A DNA stretch of 64,000 nucleotides. Origin: Octopus sinensis (taxonomy: Eukaryota). The notes below the pieces were generated by a model that was not told the DNA's origin, ran no database searches, and saw nothing but the letters and a program-made list of their open reading frames with translations. Below, in pieces: positions 42,195 to 54,800 of the stretch. Position 1 is the stretch's first letter. Every line of letters starts with the position of its first letter. The stretch covers positions 129,332,001-129,396,000 of the forward strand of contig NC_042997.1 in assembly GCF_006345805.1 (NCBI RefSeq), read 5' to 3'. The position numbers and the translations under genes are program-made.

Positions 42195-42944
42195 AGCAAA
42201 TTAAAAGATATATAGTCCTAGGCTGGATTTTAACTTGGAAGCTTTATGGACGTTGTTAATGGTAAAAATATTTATAATCATTTCATTTCTTTCACTTGAA
42301 AAATCTGTGTGACTACTTGAATTTATTTAACAGGTTTCAACTCACACAATATAACTTGGCATGTACAGTATAATTGACATTGTGCTTCAGATAAAGATGT
42401 GTAAAAGAGATAATGAACCTCAATAGACAAGAATTCACAGGAAAATACATTGAACTCATATATGAGCTTGAATCTCTTAAATTTTGGCAAGTAATTTTAC
42501 CTGAAATTGTGTGTGGTTACTAAAACATTTTCAACATAGTAATTGATGTAGTTTTGAAAAACACACATACAATTGTAATCAATTTATTCTGTAATATATA
42601 TATATATATATAAATATGTGTGTGTGTGTTTGTCTTTCATTGTTATAACTGTGACATACATAGTTACTTATGCTTAGCTTCGCTTGTGTGAGAGAAATGC
42701 ACTTGTCTTTCTAGAGTATGCATAGTAAGGTAGTGATTGTGATGCTGTTTTAATTGCACTGAAATTATCAAAGCACTTCCTAGTTCCAAGGTTCTGGGGA
42801 TTTGGCAGTGTTAATAGCAGTTGATGTTGTTGGCAAGAGTGAGGATTCCACTGATCCTATAACTTTGTTAGAGCTTGAAAGTTTTTTGAAATTTCCATAT
42901 TTCTTTTCTGGTGTTTCATGCAGGAAAAGGATGGAGGTCATGGT

Positions 42945-43497
42945 TTAATCCTATAGCATTTAAACTGGCCAAAATATTCTCCATTTTAGGATTAGACTGG
43001 CCAGATCTGTCATCTCACAGCTACCCTACAATATCTTTCTAGAAATTAACAGTTACCTCTTCAAAAATCTAAGCTACATGACAAGGCACAATTAATACAA
43101 AACAATGTGAACAAGAGCACCCAGAGAGTGCAAACCTCTGCCAAGGCAACACCAACGATTAGCCAGAAATGATTTTTTTAAATGAGAATATCAGAAATAA
43201 ACTTGACTGCTCTCACAAAGAAGAATGCTAAAAATGAACCCAACCACTCTCAAAAATTAAGTAAAACAGGTAAAATAATCCAGAATCCTTGTCCAGAACT
43301 AGATCAATCCCCAAATCTAATCAGTTAGTTCTAGTCACAAGGCTAAACATGCTTGAAAGTTTCATCCGAATTCATCCTGCAGTTCGAGATATCTTGTCAA
43401 CAAACAAACACGACTGAAAACAATACCTCCGCCTTCACTAAGGTTGAAGTAATAAATAAGCATTACCTCTGACAGAATGTGAATGCTAATAGGTTAA
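42945..43497. mobile_element. piggyBac-like MITE carrying an internal insertion (~43110-43450)
   Basis: TTAA at both ends (42945-42948, 43494-43497) with imperfect inverted ends tcctatagcatt / aatgctaatagg. Confidence 0.5.
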
Positions 43498-44408
43498 GTA
43501 GGAAAGGTATGTCTTTGTTTATGTACTTGCTGCATGTAGTGGTTGTTATTAGGATGTGTAATGTGGTATGGCTGTCACTAATTACTTTGTATAGGCTTTT
43601 ATAACTGTTGTGACCCATGTTAGCTAGTTTTTTTCTTTTTCTTTTTCATGACAAGTTTCTCTAGTGTGTGGTATTGGTGAGTTGGGAATTTGGGGGTTTC
43701 CCTTATTTTTATCAATTTGGCTACTTCAGTTCTGTAGTATCTCACCTTTTGAGATGTTTTAGAAAGTACATAGAATTAGTTTCTTGAATATATCACCACA
43801 GTCATGGGTGTGTAGTTAAGAAGTTCACATTTCACAACCACATGGTTATGGGTTTGATCCCACGACATAGCACCTTAGACAAATTTCTATTGTAGCCTCA
43901 AGTTGATCAATGTCTCAGGAAGGAAATATTTTGCAGACAGAAACTGTACAGAAGCCTATCATATTTGTGTATGTGTGTCTGCATGCATGCACATGCTGTG
44001 TAAATACTTTGTGATGATTACAACCCAAAGGAAACAAATTTATTATTTGATAAATCGAGTCCCAAGCTAAGAATTGAAGTCAATGTAATTTATAAAATCT
44101 CTTGAAGGTGCTGCAGATTAATGACTGAAGGTAGAAATGTTGAATTCTGTAAACTGTAAGTCTGACCCTAAGTGGAAGTGGTTTCAGTGGGGTTTTTTTC
44201 TTGAAATTTGTGAAATTTCATTTTTGTTCCTTGTTGAACATCAGGCCAGTACTGTTCAAGTACTTATGACCAAAGTATTTCCACTGTGACCATCTGGTCT
44301 TCGTCATGCCAAGATGTGATTATTGTAGCCAGGTGTGCTGAGAAGGAAGTCGTCTAGGAAGGAGTTGTAGTTGACTATATGGTGTTAGTGCAGGTTGTTT
44401 AGGATGTA

Positions 44409-44931
44409 TGAGGTCTGATCAAAAATGTATCATGACTGTTGCTATGCTAATGGAGCTAAGCACACAAGAGTGAAGTTGTTTGGCACAGACTGACTTTAAA
44501 CTCCAGCATGCATGCACACTAAGTTATGTTCTCACGCACATCAGTTTATAGAAGTGTGTAGAGTGTGAACATCTCGAAAATACCAAATTTCAGCTGCACA
44601 GGATCTCCTTGATTGTGTCAAGGAAGATGAAAACTTATTGAAATCAGCAGTCCCCAAAACCAAGTAAAAAAAAAAAAAAAAAATCAAATCTCACTTGAAA
44701 GGAACAAAATTTTAAGATGTCAAGGAAATTCAAGACAATTTGATGAGGTAGCTGCTTGCTGCCCATTCAGAAAGGAAAAGAAAAAAAAAAAGTTCCAAAC
44801 ATGCTTCCATTAATGGAAACAATACTAGATAAAAGTGGGTTGCTTTAGAAGGGGGACTACTTTGAAGGAGATTAAATGCTGAATTGATTTCTTTCCTAAC
44901 ACAAGTCCTAATACTTTTTGATCAGACCCCG
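44409..44931 (+). mobile_element. Internally deleted mariner-type transposon
   Basis: TIRs (c/t)gaggtctgatcaaaaa(t)gtat / atactttttgatcagaccccg, flanked by TA; remnant of the mariner C-terminus (HLKGTKF.DVKEIQ..., gactactttgaaggagat = DYFEGD). Confidence 0.8.
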
Positions 44932-45145
44932 TATTGGGACATCAGTTGTAATGGTATTATTTTACTATGAGCACATTGGGAATGTATTGTGGGTGTGTGT
45001 AGCATACTAGTATATTTGGTGGTACAGCATACATATATTTGTGCAAACACTAGAGCAAGACATGGTCTTCTAATTCTTTGAATCCTTTCAAACCATCCAA
45101 CCAATGTCAACATAGAAAGTGGATACAAGAGGAGAATCAAGTGGA

Positions 45146-45330
45146 TACAGGAGGAGAATCAAGAGAAGGGTTCAGTCTGAATGCTTGCAGAGTTAACATT
45201 CCTGTACACCCCAAAAACCAGGTAAGTCCATCATTACCATCTTTGCTTTTTTCTATGACTGCACGGGTCAGACGGAATTCATTGAGGTAGATTTTCTATG
45301 ACCAGTTGCCCTTCCTGTTTCAAAACAATG
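45146..45330. repeat. 185-bp direct repeat, copy 1 (partner 51586-51770)
   Basis: By-eye alignment: 6 mismatches in 185 bp, no gaps. Confidence 0.9.
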
Positions 45331-45348
45331 GTCATTCTTGTCTTTGTT

Positions 45349-45545
45349 AAGGTGGTGAGCTGGCAGAATCGCTAGTACATGAGATATAATGCTTAGCAGT
45401 ATTTTTTCTGGCTTCACATTCTGCTGAAGTTAACTGCCTTTTCATCCCTTTTGGGATCAATAAAATAAGTATCAGGCAAGCAGGGCCAATGTAATCAACT
45501 AGCTCCATCCCCACAAAAGCTGGCCTCGTGCCAAAACATAAAACC
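45349..45545 (+). mobile_element. Family C SINE
   Basis: ggtggtgagctggcagaatcg...gcctttcatccc-like body. Confidence 0.6.
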
Positions 45546-46234
45546 ATTTTTAATGTCTGTTACTGAAGATAAACCTTTAGTGATTTGACTTATCCTGCCT
45601 TATGGTGTAATTAAAGATTTGAGTGGTCTTGTAGCAATGTCTCTCATATTATTCCATTGTAAATGTTGTGCTGATATATTGTTATGGAACTTATATAAGT
45701 TTCATAACATTTAGGCTATTAGTGTTGTATTGTATTGATACTTTGTGTTAGTCTATTATGAGTGTAAAATGTTAGGATTTTAATTATATTGGTCGATTCC
45801 TTTACTGTCTTAGTATCACATTCAACAAAACTCCACTTGGAATTGAAGATTCTAAAAATGAAAACAGTACATCTTCAGATTTTGCATTGTATTTATTTAG
45901 ATGGAGTGTTTTTACCCCATGTTATGTGTACTGGAATGTTACCTTTTTAACATTCATATTCCGTTTTGTGTAAGCTTAATTTCACAGTTAATTTGCTTTA
46001 TCTTTTCATTGATCAACATATTAGATTTTTTTTTGCATAATGCATGAAAGACTGCATTATCCATAGTCATTTTTAAAATTCTAGGGTGTGGTTTGATAAT
46101 TTGATGCTGTTTCTAGAAATGGTTCTCTTGTTAATTTAAAAAAAAAATTCTTTGTTATTAACAAAAGAGAAAGATCCTTGAAGTTCTATCATAACCAATA
46201 TAACTCCAGAACAAAAGCTATCTAAATCATCAAA

Positions 46235-46420
46235 TTTTCTTCTTCATTTAATGTCCATTTTCCAGGTTGGATAGTTTGACCGGAGCTGGGAAGCTGGAGA
46301 GCTGCACCAGGTTCCAGTCTGATTTGCAATGGTTTCTACAGCTGGATGCCCTTCCTAACACCAACCACTTTACAGTGTTTGCTGAGTGCTTTTAACATGG
46401 CACCACACGTGCGCTTTTAC
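46235..46420 (-). mobile_element. Family B tail repeat
   Basis: catttaatgtccattttcc...ttctacagctggatgcccttcctaacaccaaccac. Confidence 0.65.
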
Positions 46421-46883
46421 ACGGTACTCATATCAAAAACAGATTTAGCATTTAGTGGCTAATCTGACAAATAATTCACTAAGATAAAATGTAAATAAAT
46501 ACTACACCAACTTGATATTATTAAAGAATATTTTTCTCATTGTTTTCAACTAGAAATTTAATAGCAGAGATGTGCAATTTAGAGTAGAAAAGCCTATGTA
46601 AATTTACACACAAATAATTTTTAAACTTTCTTTTATTGACGCTAGAAACACAATTACCTTTTAAATATTAATGAAAATTAGAAATTAAGATAATGAGACT
46701 TATTAACAATCAATATTTCTTGCAAAGTTTTAACAAAAACAGTAATGATTATCACGAAACAAAGAATGTACTTTAAACAGAAAAGAGGCTCTTTCAAAGA
46801 TTTTAAATCAGGTAAGCAACATGCTTCTGCAAGAATACAAAAATTAGAAGAATGTACAATAACCCAATCAAATTAAACACCTG

Positions 46884-46889
46884 TTTATT
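46884..46889 (-). promoter_or_regulatory. Candidate COX4 polyadenylation signal (AATAAA)
   Basis: tttatt on + strand = AATAAA on -, about 75 nt downstream of the stop codon. Confidence 0.55.
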
Positions 46890-46962
46890 TCCAGTTAATA
46901 AATAACTTTCAAATGGTGTAAAGTCACTAAATATCTTGAAGTTTGCCTAAGATGCCATGTAA

Positions 46963-47099
46963 TTAATTTTTCCAACGTTCATTCTCATAATCATATTGAG
47001 AAGAAACACCTTCAATAGGGTTGACTCTTTGAGCTATCATTTTCTCCAACATAGCATCCTGCCACTCTTGAGTGAGACTGTGTGGAACAGGTGGATACA
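46963..47099 (-). CDS. COX4: COX4 last coding exon (137 nt to TAA)
   Basis: Acceptor ttacag; manual translation (V)YPPVPHSLTQEWQDAMLEKMIAQRVNPIEGVSSQYDYENERWKN*, typical COX4 C-terminus (NPI.G.SS..DYE...WK). Total CDS 579 nt = 192 aa + stop. Confidence 0.95.
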
Positions 47100-47572
47100 C
47101 TGTAATAGAACAGTAAAATTAAGTCATAATAATAATAATAATAATAATAGCAATAATTTCAAAGTGAAAAGGGAAACAGTAACTTTAGTACAAATAAAAG
47201 GGAAGATTGTTGTGAGATAGCAACAAAAAAACATTCTTGCAAAATAAGAATGAAACTAATAGAACTGAAAATACAAAAGTGTCACAAATGAAAAAGTAGA
47301 AATATCCCAATAAATATTTGTGACTTAAAAAAAAAATCTTTGTATTATGTGACATTTAATTGATAGTATCATTTTAAAGGCAAGTAAACATTTAAATTAA
47401 AATGTATCTTTTGTAAAATTGTAAACTTTTTAATCTTTTCAAATTCAGAATTATCACCAGATCAAATTAAAACAGAATTGGAGAATGTCCTACATTCCAT
47501 TTATCTACGCAGTAACACTTTTACCTATAAGAAGTACATTAGAAGATATTAAAAACAAGTGCTAAAACATAC

Positions 47573-47704
47573 CGTACAGCTTCATCCATATAATAATCCA
47601 GCCAGTTAAACTGCAGCTCATTAGAAAGAAAGATATGATTCTTTTCCAGTCTCCTGTTGGAGCATGCATTTCAGCATAAGTTTGACAGAAGCTGATGCGA
47701 TATA
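47573..47704 (-). CDS. COX4: COX4 third coding exon (132 nt, transmembrane helix)
   Basis: Acceptor tttcag, donor GTATGT; manual translation (L)YRISFCQTYAEMHAPTGDWKRIISFFLMSCSLTGWIIIWMKLY, matching the COX4 LYR.SF.QT.AEM.APTG.WK motif plus TM segment. Absent from the ORF track. Confidence 0.95.
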
Positions 47705-48868
47705 CTGAAAAGAGATTTAGATATCTTCATTAGCATACATGTCAATATACACACAACTCCATAAATCAGAGAAAGCAATGAATTTCATGATTAAAAATAT
47801 TCAATTAAAGACTGGTATAAACCTTTATATCTAATTGTTTCATGCAAGAAAACTGACCAGAAAAATAAACTGGCATTGTTCATATGAGCATTTTGGTAGC
47901 TCTTTAGTTTCAGCTAACTTCATATCAGTGTAATACAATAGTCAATATTTCAATAGCAACTTTGCCAACACTGCAGTAATTACTCTCCATTAAAATATCA
48001 CTGCCTCATTTTTTATAATTTTCATTTCCAGATATCTGTTTCCAGTTCTACCACCAATAGTCAAATTTTTTTTTGTAACTCAAGAACTGAAGTCCTATTA
48101 GGTAGCAGCTTGGTATTGTAACCAGAGTCTTAAAAGAAATTTTTCTTTAAATCGTTTCTTAGAGCTAGAGACAACAAATAGAACCTCTCTATCCCAGGCT
48201 TTCAAATCACACAACTTTCAATGAAAGGTTCTTTTACAGACAGTTATTTAAACTGAATATGGACATTCAACAATGAACAATCATTGTCTTCTCTGTAAGT
48301 AAACACAGATATACTCTTTTAACCATAGTTTTCAGCAGCTTGACAGTTCAGACTGAAAACTCTTCAATAACATAAAAACTAGTTAGTTATAAAAAAAAAA
48401 AAAACATAGCTAGGAGTGTGAGAAAAAAAAAAAACCTGTATCTATTTTGAGATACTCTGTGTTTGTTTCTTTCAATTACTTTAAATTATAACAAAGAATT
48501 TACTAAAATAACTTAAGTTATTTTTCAGCTAGTGTTAGAAACAAATTGTGACTGTTTTGGTGGAAGATTTTAATTCAAAACTTAGGAAAACAAGACATTT
48601 GTACTCAGAGTCAGAGCCGGTTTCAGCCAGGTTGGTAACAAAAGAATTCAAACTGGTCTAAAATTTTGACTTAGTTTTAACATCTAATCTAACATGATTG
48701 TTACAACTTACAGAATAGAAAATAATTTTATCTCAAAAAGGTTTTTGATAAATCAACAATTCTCAATTAGTATTTACAGTTTTATATGCATGAATAAGAC
48801 CCAGACATTTGGAATGGTGGAGAAATGACCTGATTCTAAATAACTAATATCTCATAAAATTGACATAC

Positions 48869-49039
48869 AATCTTTCTTTTCTTGAAGGGTGAGGGTTTTC
48901 CAGTCTGCCGCCTGTTTGTCCAAGAGGGCCAAATTTTCACCGGTGCTTTCTTTAAACCGAATTGCAGGGAAAGGAATTTCTGGGATATCGAAGTAGCTCG
49001 CACTGCCATTAATACCAAAACCAACAATCTCTCTGTTGC
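48869..49039 (-). CDS. COX4: COX4 second coding exon (171 nt)
   Basis: Acceptor tttcag, donor GTATGT; encodes (G)NREIVGFGINGSASYFDIPEIPFPAIRFKESTGENLALLDKQAADWKTLTLQEKKD, the hallmark COX4 segment (GNREIVG.G.NG..Y.D....P.PAIRF...W..L...EK); joins exon 1 in frame. Confidence 0.95.
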
Positions 49040-49900
49040 CTGAAATCAAAACACCAGTATCAGTACATTAATGTATTGACAAAACAACTTCAAATAACAG
49101 TTTTACTACAGGTTCACCAAATCACAACATACATATTCCAGTGTGTGTGTGTATGTGAATATGTACACAAACACACACATATTTATAAAACCAGTGAGTA
49201 CAACTATCACTGACATTTCCCTATACAGTAGACAAACAACTTTGTTGAAGTTATCACTGACCTTTCCCTTCCCATTGTCACAAGGAGACCAACTGAAGAT
49301 TTAAAGTGAGCCACTTGATTGTATAGAAAATGCAAAGTTATTTTAGCAGATTAGCATCCTGTCCTCTACAACAAATGATTTGTGAAAATATTAACTGAAA
49401 TATTGAACCAAGAAAACAAAGAAAACACAAATTTGAACTAATGATCAATGAGCTAATTGCTTTACTCCATACTGACATAAAACCCATTCAGCTAAACAGC
49501 ATGAAATTAACAACACACAAGTTTCAGACAACAGACATACAGCCTAGTCTCTGCTTTTTCTATCACTGTTAAAGTGGCCTCTGTTTCTCATAAACAGCTG
49601 ATTCCATGCCATCTCTACTCAAGCACACCTTCTCTTCCTCTCATCACTCATTATCTCTTACCACTAAGACTTGCATTAAACTACTATAACCATCCATCCA
49701 AAGAAAACCACCAGAACTCTAAAATTCCATCTATGCACATACTTACTACAGCTTTCACCAGCTCAAAATAAGTTTAACTATGTTATTTCAATTTCAGATG
49801 GCCTGTAAAGGACATAAAATACAATAAAATTTTTAAAAGTTAAAAATTATTCTAAAATACAAATTATCAATACAGTGATTTATAAAAATAAAATATGTAC

Positions 49901-50039
49901 CAATTCTGGGATGGATCTTATCTCGAGCCTCTTGACCAAGAACTGCACTCTGGTTTCCCAAAACAGCCGATGTAGAAATTTGACACCGTGAGAGACGGGC
50001 AGTCAGATTGCCAATTGACTTGACAAGCTGTCGGTTCAT
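49901..50039 (-). CDS. COX4: COX4 first coding exon (mitochondrial presequence)
   Basis: ATG at 50039; encodes MNRQLVKSIGNLTARLSRCQISTSAVLGNQSAVLGQEARDKIHPRI+G (Arg/Ser-rich presequence). Acceptor ttttgcag ends at 50050 (10-nt 5'UTR before ATG); donor GTACAT at 49900; phase 1. Confidence 0.9.
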
Positions 50040-51585
50040 TGTTCACACACTGCAAAATAGAGGAAAAGATATTAGGACAGTTTAAAAAGAATGAATTGAA
50101 AGACATTTTCGATTAACAAATATATGTTGCATATGTGTGTGAATAATTTTAGAGATATTAAAATGCATTGGTTATACAAAAAATATACTTCACAACAGGA
50201 ATCCAATGAAACAAGTCAATGTTAACAAACAAAATTTCTTTTCCTTTTAATAGCTTAGAGAAGGAAAAGATAAAATTTTCCTCAGATTGGAGGCCTGGCT
50301 TGAATGTTTGCAAAAGAATGAACACTGGTAAAAGCACAACTACCTATCAAGAGACAGGTGGTGGTGCTACATCATCAACAATTTAACATTAACAATTATT
50401 GCTTAAATTATAGAAATGCATCTTTATTTTTTAGTTTGTCAAACATGAAATCAGTTATGTAACATTATATAAATTATACAGTATTCCCTTTTTTGTTTCA
50501 GTTTGTTTGCTGGTTTCCCTCTTTCTGTCACATAGATGTATAATGTTAGTATGCATAAGTGGTAGAGAAAAACTGAGTGTAAGAGGAATTGAATGTAGTG
50601 TATAAAAGACAATTGATATGGACATATGTATATGGATGATGACTATTCTGTAAGGAGATTCCAAGTAGAAGAAATTGTAGAAGGCCAAGGAAGAAAAGGA
50701 CATAAGTAGTGAAAACTGATCTCAAGATGCTGAACCTCAGCCAAGATATGAGAAAGGAATGCAACAAGTGGTGAGAAACTGTGTTAAAGAGGGCCCAGCC
50801 AATATTGCAAGCATGAAAAACAAAGGTAAAAGTGATGCTGATTGTGAGGTGAGAGACTGACAGAGTTGGCTAGAAAGAGAGAAGTAGCCAGCAGGCAGCA
50901 AACAGACTGTGAAATATAAGAAATGGCAGAAAAGTGACAGAGAAAGAGAGAGCACAAGAGAGGAGAGGTAAAAAAATAGTCCCACAATATAAAAGGAGAA
51001 TTAGAGAGATAAAATAAAATACTAGAGGTATAAAGAGGGTTAGAAAAATGCGACACCTGTGTGTGCATGTTGTGGGTGGAGTTGGAAAATGAAGAAAGTG
51101 GCAATAGATTTAGATTGGGTGGGGAGTAAGAAAATAAGAGAGGAAATGAAGAAACAATGCAGTCAGTAAAAAATAATAAAAATAAGGGAGTTAAAGTTAA
51201 GGAAGTGAAGAGATGACTTCTTAAGTAGACAACAGGTAACATGCAAGTCAAACAGATGATGACATTCTCAGTCATAAAGAAACTACATGACTATCACAAG
51301 ATTATGTTCTACAGGCATTGGTTTTGAACTACTGCAAAAAGGTAACATGAAACGAGAGAAAAAAGGTTCAAGATAAAAAAAAAGAATAGAATGGAAAAAT
51401 TATGAAAATGGAACAAGGCATGAGACAGCAAAATGAAATAATTTACTTTTAGTAGGCACTATGATAGTGTATGTATACATACACACACACATTGTAGCAT
51501 AGTTAGGGTAAGAGGCATTTTCCCCCACTTTGGAGATACTTCCAGATTAGTGAATTTAAAACAAGTGAAGCCCAGCATGAACATC

Positions 51586-51770
51586 TACAGAAGGAGAATC
51601 AAGAGAAGGGTTCAGTCTGAATGCTTGCAGAGTTAATACTCCTGTACACCCCAAAAACCAGGTAGGTCCATCATTACCATCTTTGCTTTTTTCTATGATT
51701 GCACGGGTCAGACGGAATTCATTGAGGTAGATTTTCTATGGCCAGTTGCCCTTCCTGTTTCAAAACAATG
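51586..51770. repeat. 185-bp direct repeat, copy 2 (3' end of a minus-strand SINE plus its flank)
   Basis: See copy 1; here the sequence continues rightwards into a SINE body ending near 52035. Confidence 0.9.
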
Positions 51771-52035
51771 TAATATTTCCACATGGTTATATTTTCAAGC
51801 AAAACTAGAAGGCTTGTATGACAGTGACACTCATTTACAACTATTGTATGATATCCACATAAGGACATGGACACACACACACAAGGCTGAGCTTCTTTCA
51901 GTTTCTGCCTACTAAGTCCACTCACTAAGTTTTGGTTAGCTCAGAATTATAATAGACAGTTGACCAAAGTGCCAGAGTGGAATTGAACTTGAAACTATAT
52001 GGTTGGAAGCAAACTTTTTAGCCACTCAGCCAATC
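51670..52035 (-). mobile_element. tRNA-type SINE with RTE-like tail in the COX4 first intron
   Basis: cttctttcagtttctgcctactaagtccactcac...agccactcagcc is the reverse complement of the family A-type head and body. Confidence 0.6.
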
Positions 52036-53059
52036 CCATACTTAATTATATATGCAGAGCATTTTTGTACATAGACCATTGAATAGATGTAATTAGTTTA
52101 TAAACTGCTAGATGCACACCTATGAGAAGACCTGTGTGTGTATGTATGTATATATAAAGGTCTATATATCTTTAGGATTTTGCTTTGCAACCAAATATCT
52201 CTGGATTTGACACTTAATGAACGACTTCTTTTGTTGCTCAATATGAGAAACAATAAAACTGATTGGTTCATTAGCAACATTATTGATAATAATGTTATTC
52301 ACAAATTGCAATATAAAATAAATAAACTATATAACAATGTGTAAAGATAATTAAGGCAAACTTCGTTTTTTAGCAGACTAAAACTTTTGGACAAATGAAA
52401 AATGGCTGCTAGCTTTTCTGCAGAAGTCTTGCTGTACAAGGTTGAAAGACACCTCACCATAGAACACTTTCCCTCCTGACTCACACTGCTACACTAATAT
52501 AAACAAGTTAATCACTTCAATTATACACTGTTCATATTATCTACCTTCAGTCTGTGCCATACTAACTTCTGTTCACCCATTTCCTTCGAGACTATTTCAT
52601 CTGGACCTAGTTTGTCATCAATTTCCTGCTTCTCAGGATAATCTACTGTGCTATACGCCGTTACTGATCCCACATTTAATTACAATGAAAAATTACAGAT
52701 CCATACCAAAAGGTCCCTGTTATTTGTCACTAAATGCATGCATGAACTCGCATACACACACAGCCTCTATGGTCAAACAGTATCCTCTTCTTGAGGATAC
52801 ATTACCAAGTAGTCGGCTACAAATAAGCTATTTTTAGCTTACTACTGTGTAGCTTAACTGTGTCAGTGGATACCAGTGTAATTAGATAATGAAGTCCCAC
52901 ACAAAACAACTATGTGCTGATTGTATCTGTAATGCTGAGGGTGCTAAACAAAAAAACATTTAAGACCACATCTAAAAGTCATCTTGCTGGTTGGCACTCA
53001 CCAACACACTCCAACCTCTAGCCTAAGGACAGTTTCATTACTCAGCTTTAATTGAGGCC

Positions 53060-53330
53060 GTTGCCAGTATTGCTGTACTGGCTCCTGTGCATTTGGCACG
53101 TAAAAAACACCACTTGAGCATGGCCGTTGCCAGTACCGCCTGACTGGCCCTCGTGCCGGTGGCACGTAAAAGCACCCACTACACTCTCAGAGTGGTTGGC
53201 GTTAGGAAGAGCATCCAGCTGTAGAAACTCTGCCAGATCAGATTGGAGCAGCCATCTGGTTTGCCAGTCCTCAGTCAAATCTCTCAACCCATGCTAGCAT
53301 GGAAAGTGGACGTTAAATGATGATGATGAA
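53060..53330 (+). mobile_element. Family B tail repeat
   Basis: ggcacgtaaaagcacccactacactctc...gtggacgttaaatgatgatgatg. Confidence 0.75.
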
Positions 53331-53859
53331 TTGCTACTACTCCAATAATCTTGGTCCCTCAAAATGAGCTAATTGCATATCAAGTCCAGTTGGTACACCA
53401 GTTTCTCCTCCCAGGCTCAGTACTGATCACTATAATCAATCCTTCCTTCCAGAATTTCAACCTCTGAAGAAAACTGTCAGCCAATTACAGTTCCAATGGT
53501 AGACACCATATGTGCAAGGATCAGAGATTGATTCACAATCCAACTCAGACATACATAACCCACATTTCAGCAGTCCAGCTTAGCAGTGATAGTGAAAACA
53601 TAGATTGGTACACTTTTCATTTGCATACCCTCATGTATAGGTTAAAGAACATTTTCTTCTAACATTGAACATTACAAGAAGGAGAATTAGTGAATGTTCT
53701 GGTCAAAATTGGAGCCTAACTTTGCATCAAATTTAACACACCAAGTAAATCTCCTTTCCATTTCAACAAGCTCACCATCAAATGCTAAAGCACCTTTGGC
53801 CACATCAAACCAAAACCCTTGCCCCTTCCATTACCCTTTATGTACTGTAGAGTTATGCT

Positions 53860-54800
53860 CTATCCTTTAGAATCACAGAAGTGTGTTTCCAGATGCAAAG
53901 AGGAGAAAACTCTAATCTTGCCAATTCATCATTCCATTGCACTCACTGCCAACATCTCAAAAATGATGGAGATAGCCATTAACCTCTAAATCCCTTTCTC
54001 TTTCCTTGATGACCACCTGTACAGCTTTTGTAAAGTCAGATCTACTGGAAATGTATTCTCTTAAGACCCTTTAAAAATTGAGAAAATAGCATCATTAAAT
54101 TTGACATTAGCTAAGTATTTAACTGTGGTATGTGAATCTCCTAGTAAAACATTCACACATGGGCTCCGTCCTTCTCTTGTCACAATGGCTTTCTGTCAGT
54201 ACCAATAAAGTGTATGCTTGTGAGGTTTTAACTCATTATCAACTCTGCGGAGTTCAGTTTTGACCCTTGCACTACTTATTATCACCAACCATAACCACTC
54301 CTACCCAGGTGGTACCAAACTTCGTGCACCCAATCATCTACTTGCAATCTTGACATCACACTAAACCTGCACTGACTCCAACAGCAAAAAGAATCACTAC
54401 ATATATCAAAGAAACAACATTGTAGTCTTCCACAAAACATAACTAGTATGCAACTAGAAACCTCAAGGTTGCTACTAATGTTACACCTCATCATCACTAA
54501 GGATCTCTTTGCAACTTAGCCAAGACAGGCTTTCTTTCCAGAGCCTGAAAATATTTTCAGACCATAAAAACTAACACTACAAACAGTTAAAGCAAGATTC
54601 ACTATGCAGCAGATCCAACATCTGAGACAGTGTTGCTACCACACAGACATCCAAGACAACAAAAACAGGCTACCTGACTGATTAGTAGGTTCAGTTGTGG
54701 AATCACCTATCTACCTCCTCTACCACTACTTCAGGAGCCATAACTCCTCAGAAATGGCTAGACTCAAATACTTTCAATTCAATTCAGCAACAAAAATCTT
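53860..54800 (+). mobile_element. Degraded CR1-like LINE fragments
   Basis: Remnant RGENSNLAN...IALTANISKMMEIAIN (RT N-terminus) followed by decayed C-terminal segments. Confidence 0.45.

Noticed and set aside
50455-51275. Overlapping Leu/Ser/Phe-rich ORFs in the COX4 first intron
   Set aside because: Purine/pyrimidine-skewed low-complexity sequence, probably an old repeat; no coding signature.
46235-53330. Inverted pair of family B repeats around COX4 as a circRNA or A-to-I editing scaffold
   Set aside because: The left copy lies beyond the candidate polyA signal, the copies are diverged and ~7 kb apart, and the last COX4 intron has no partner repeat.
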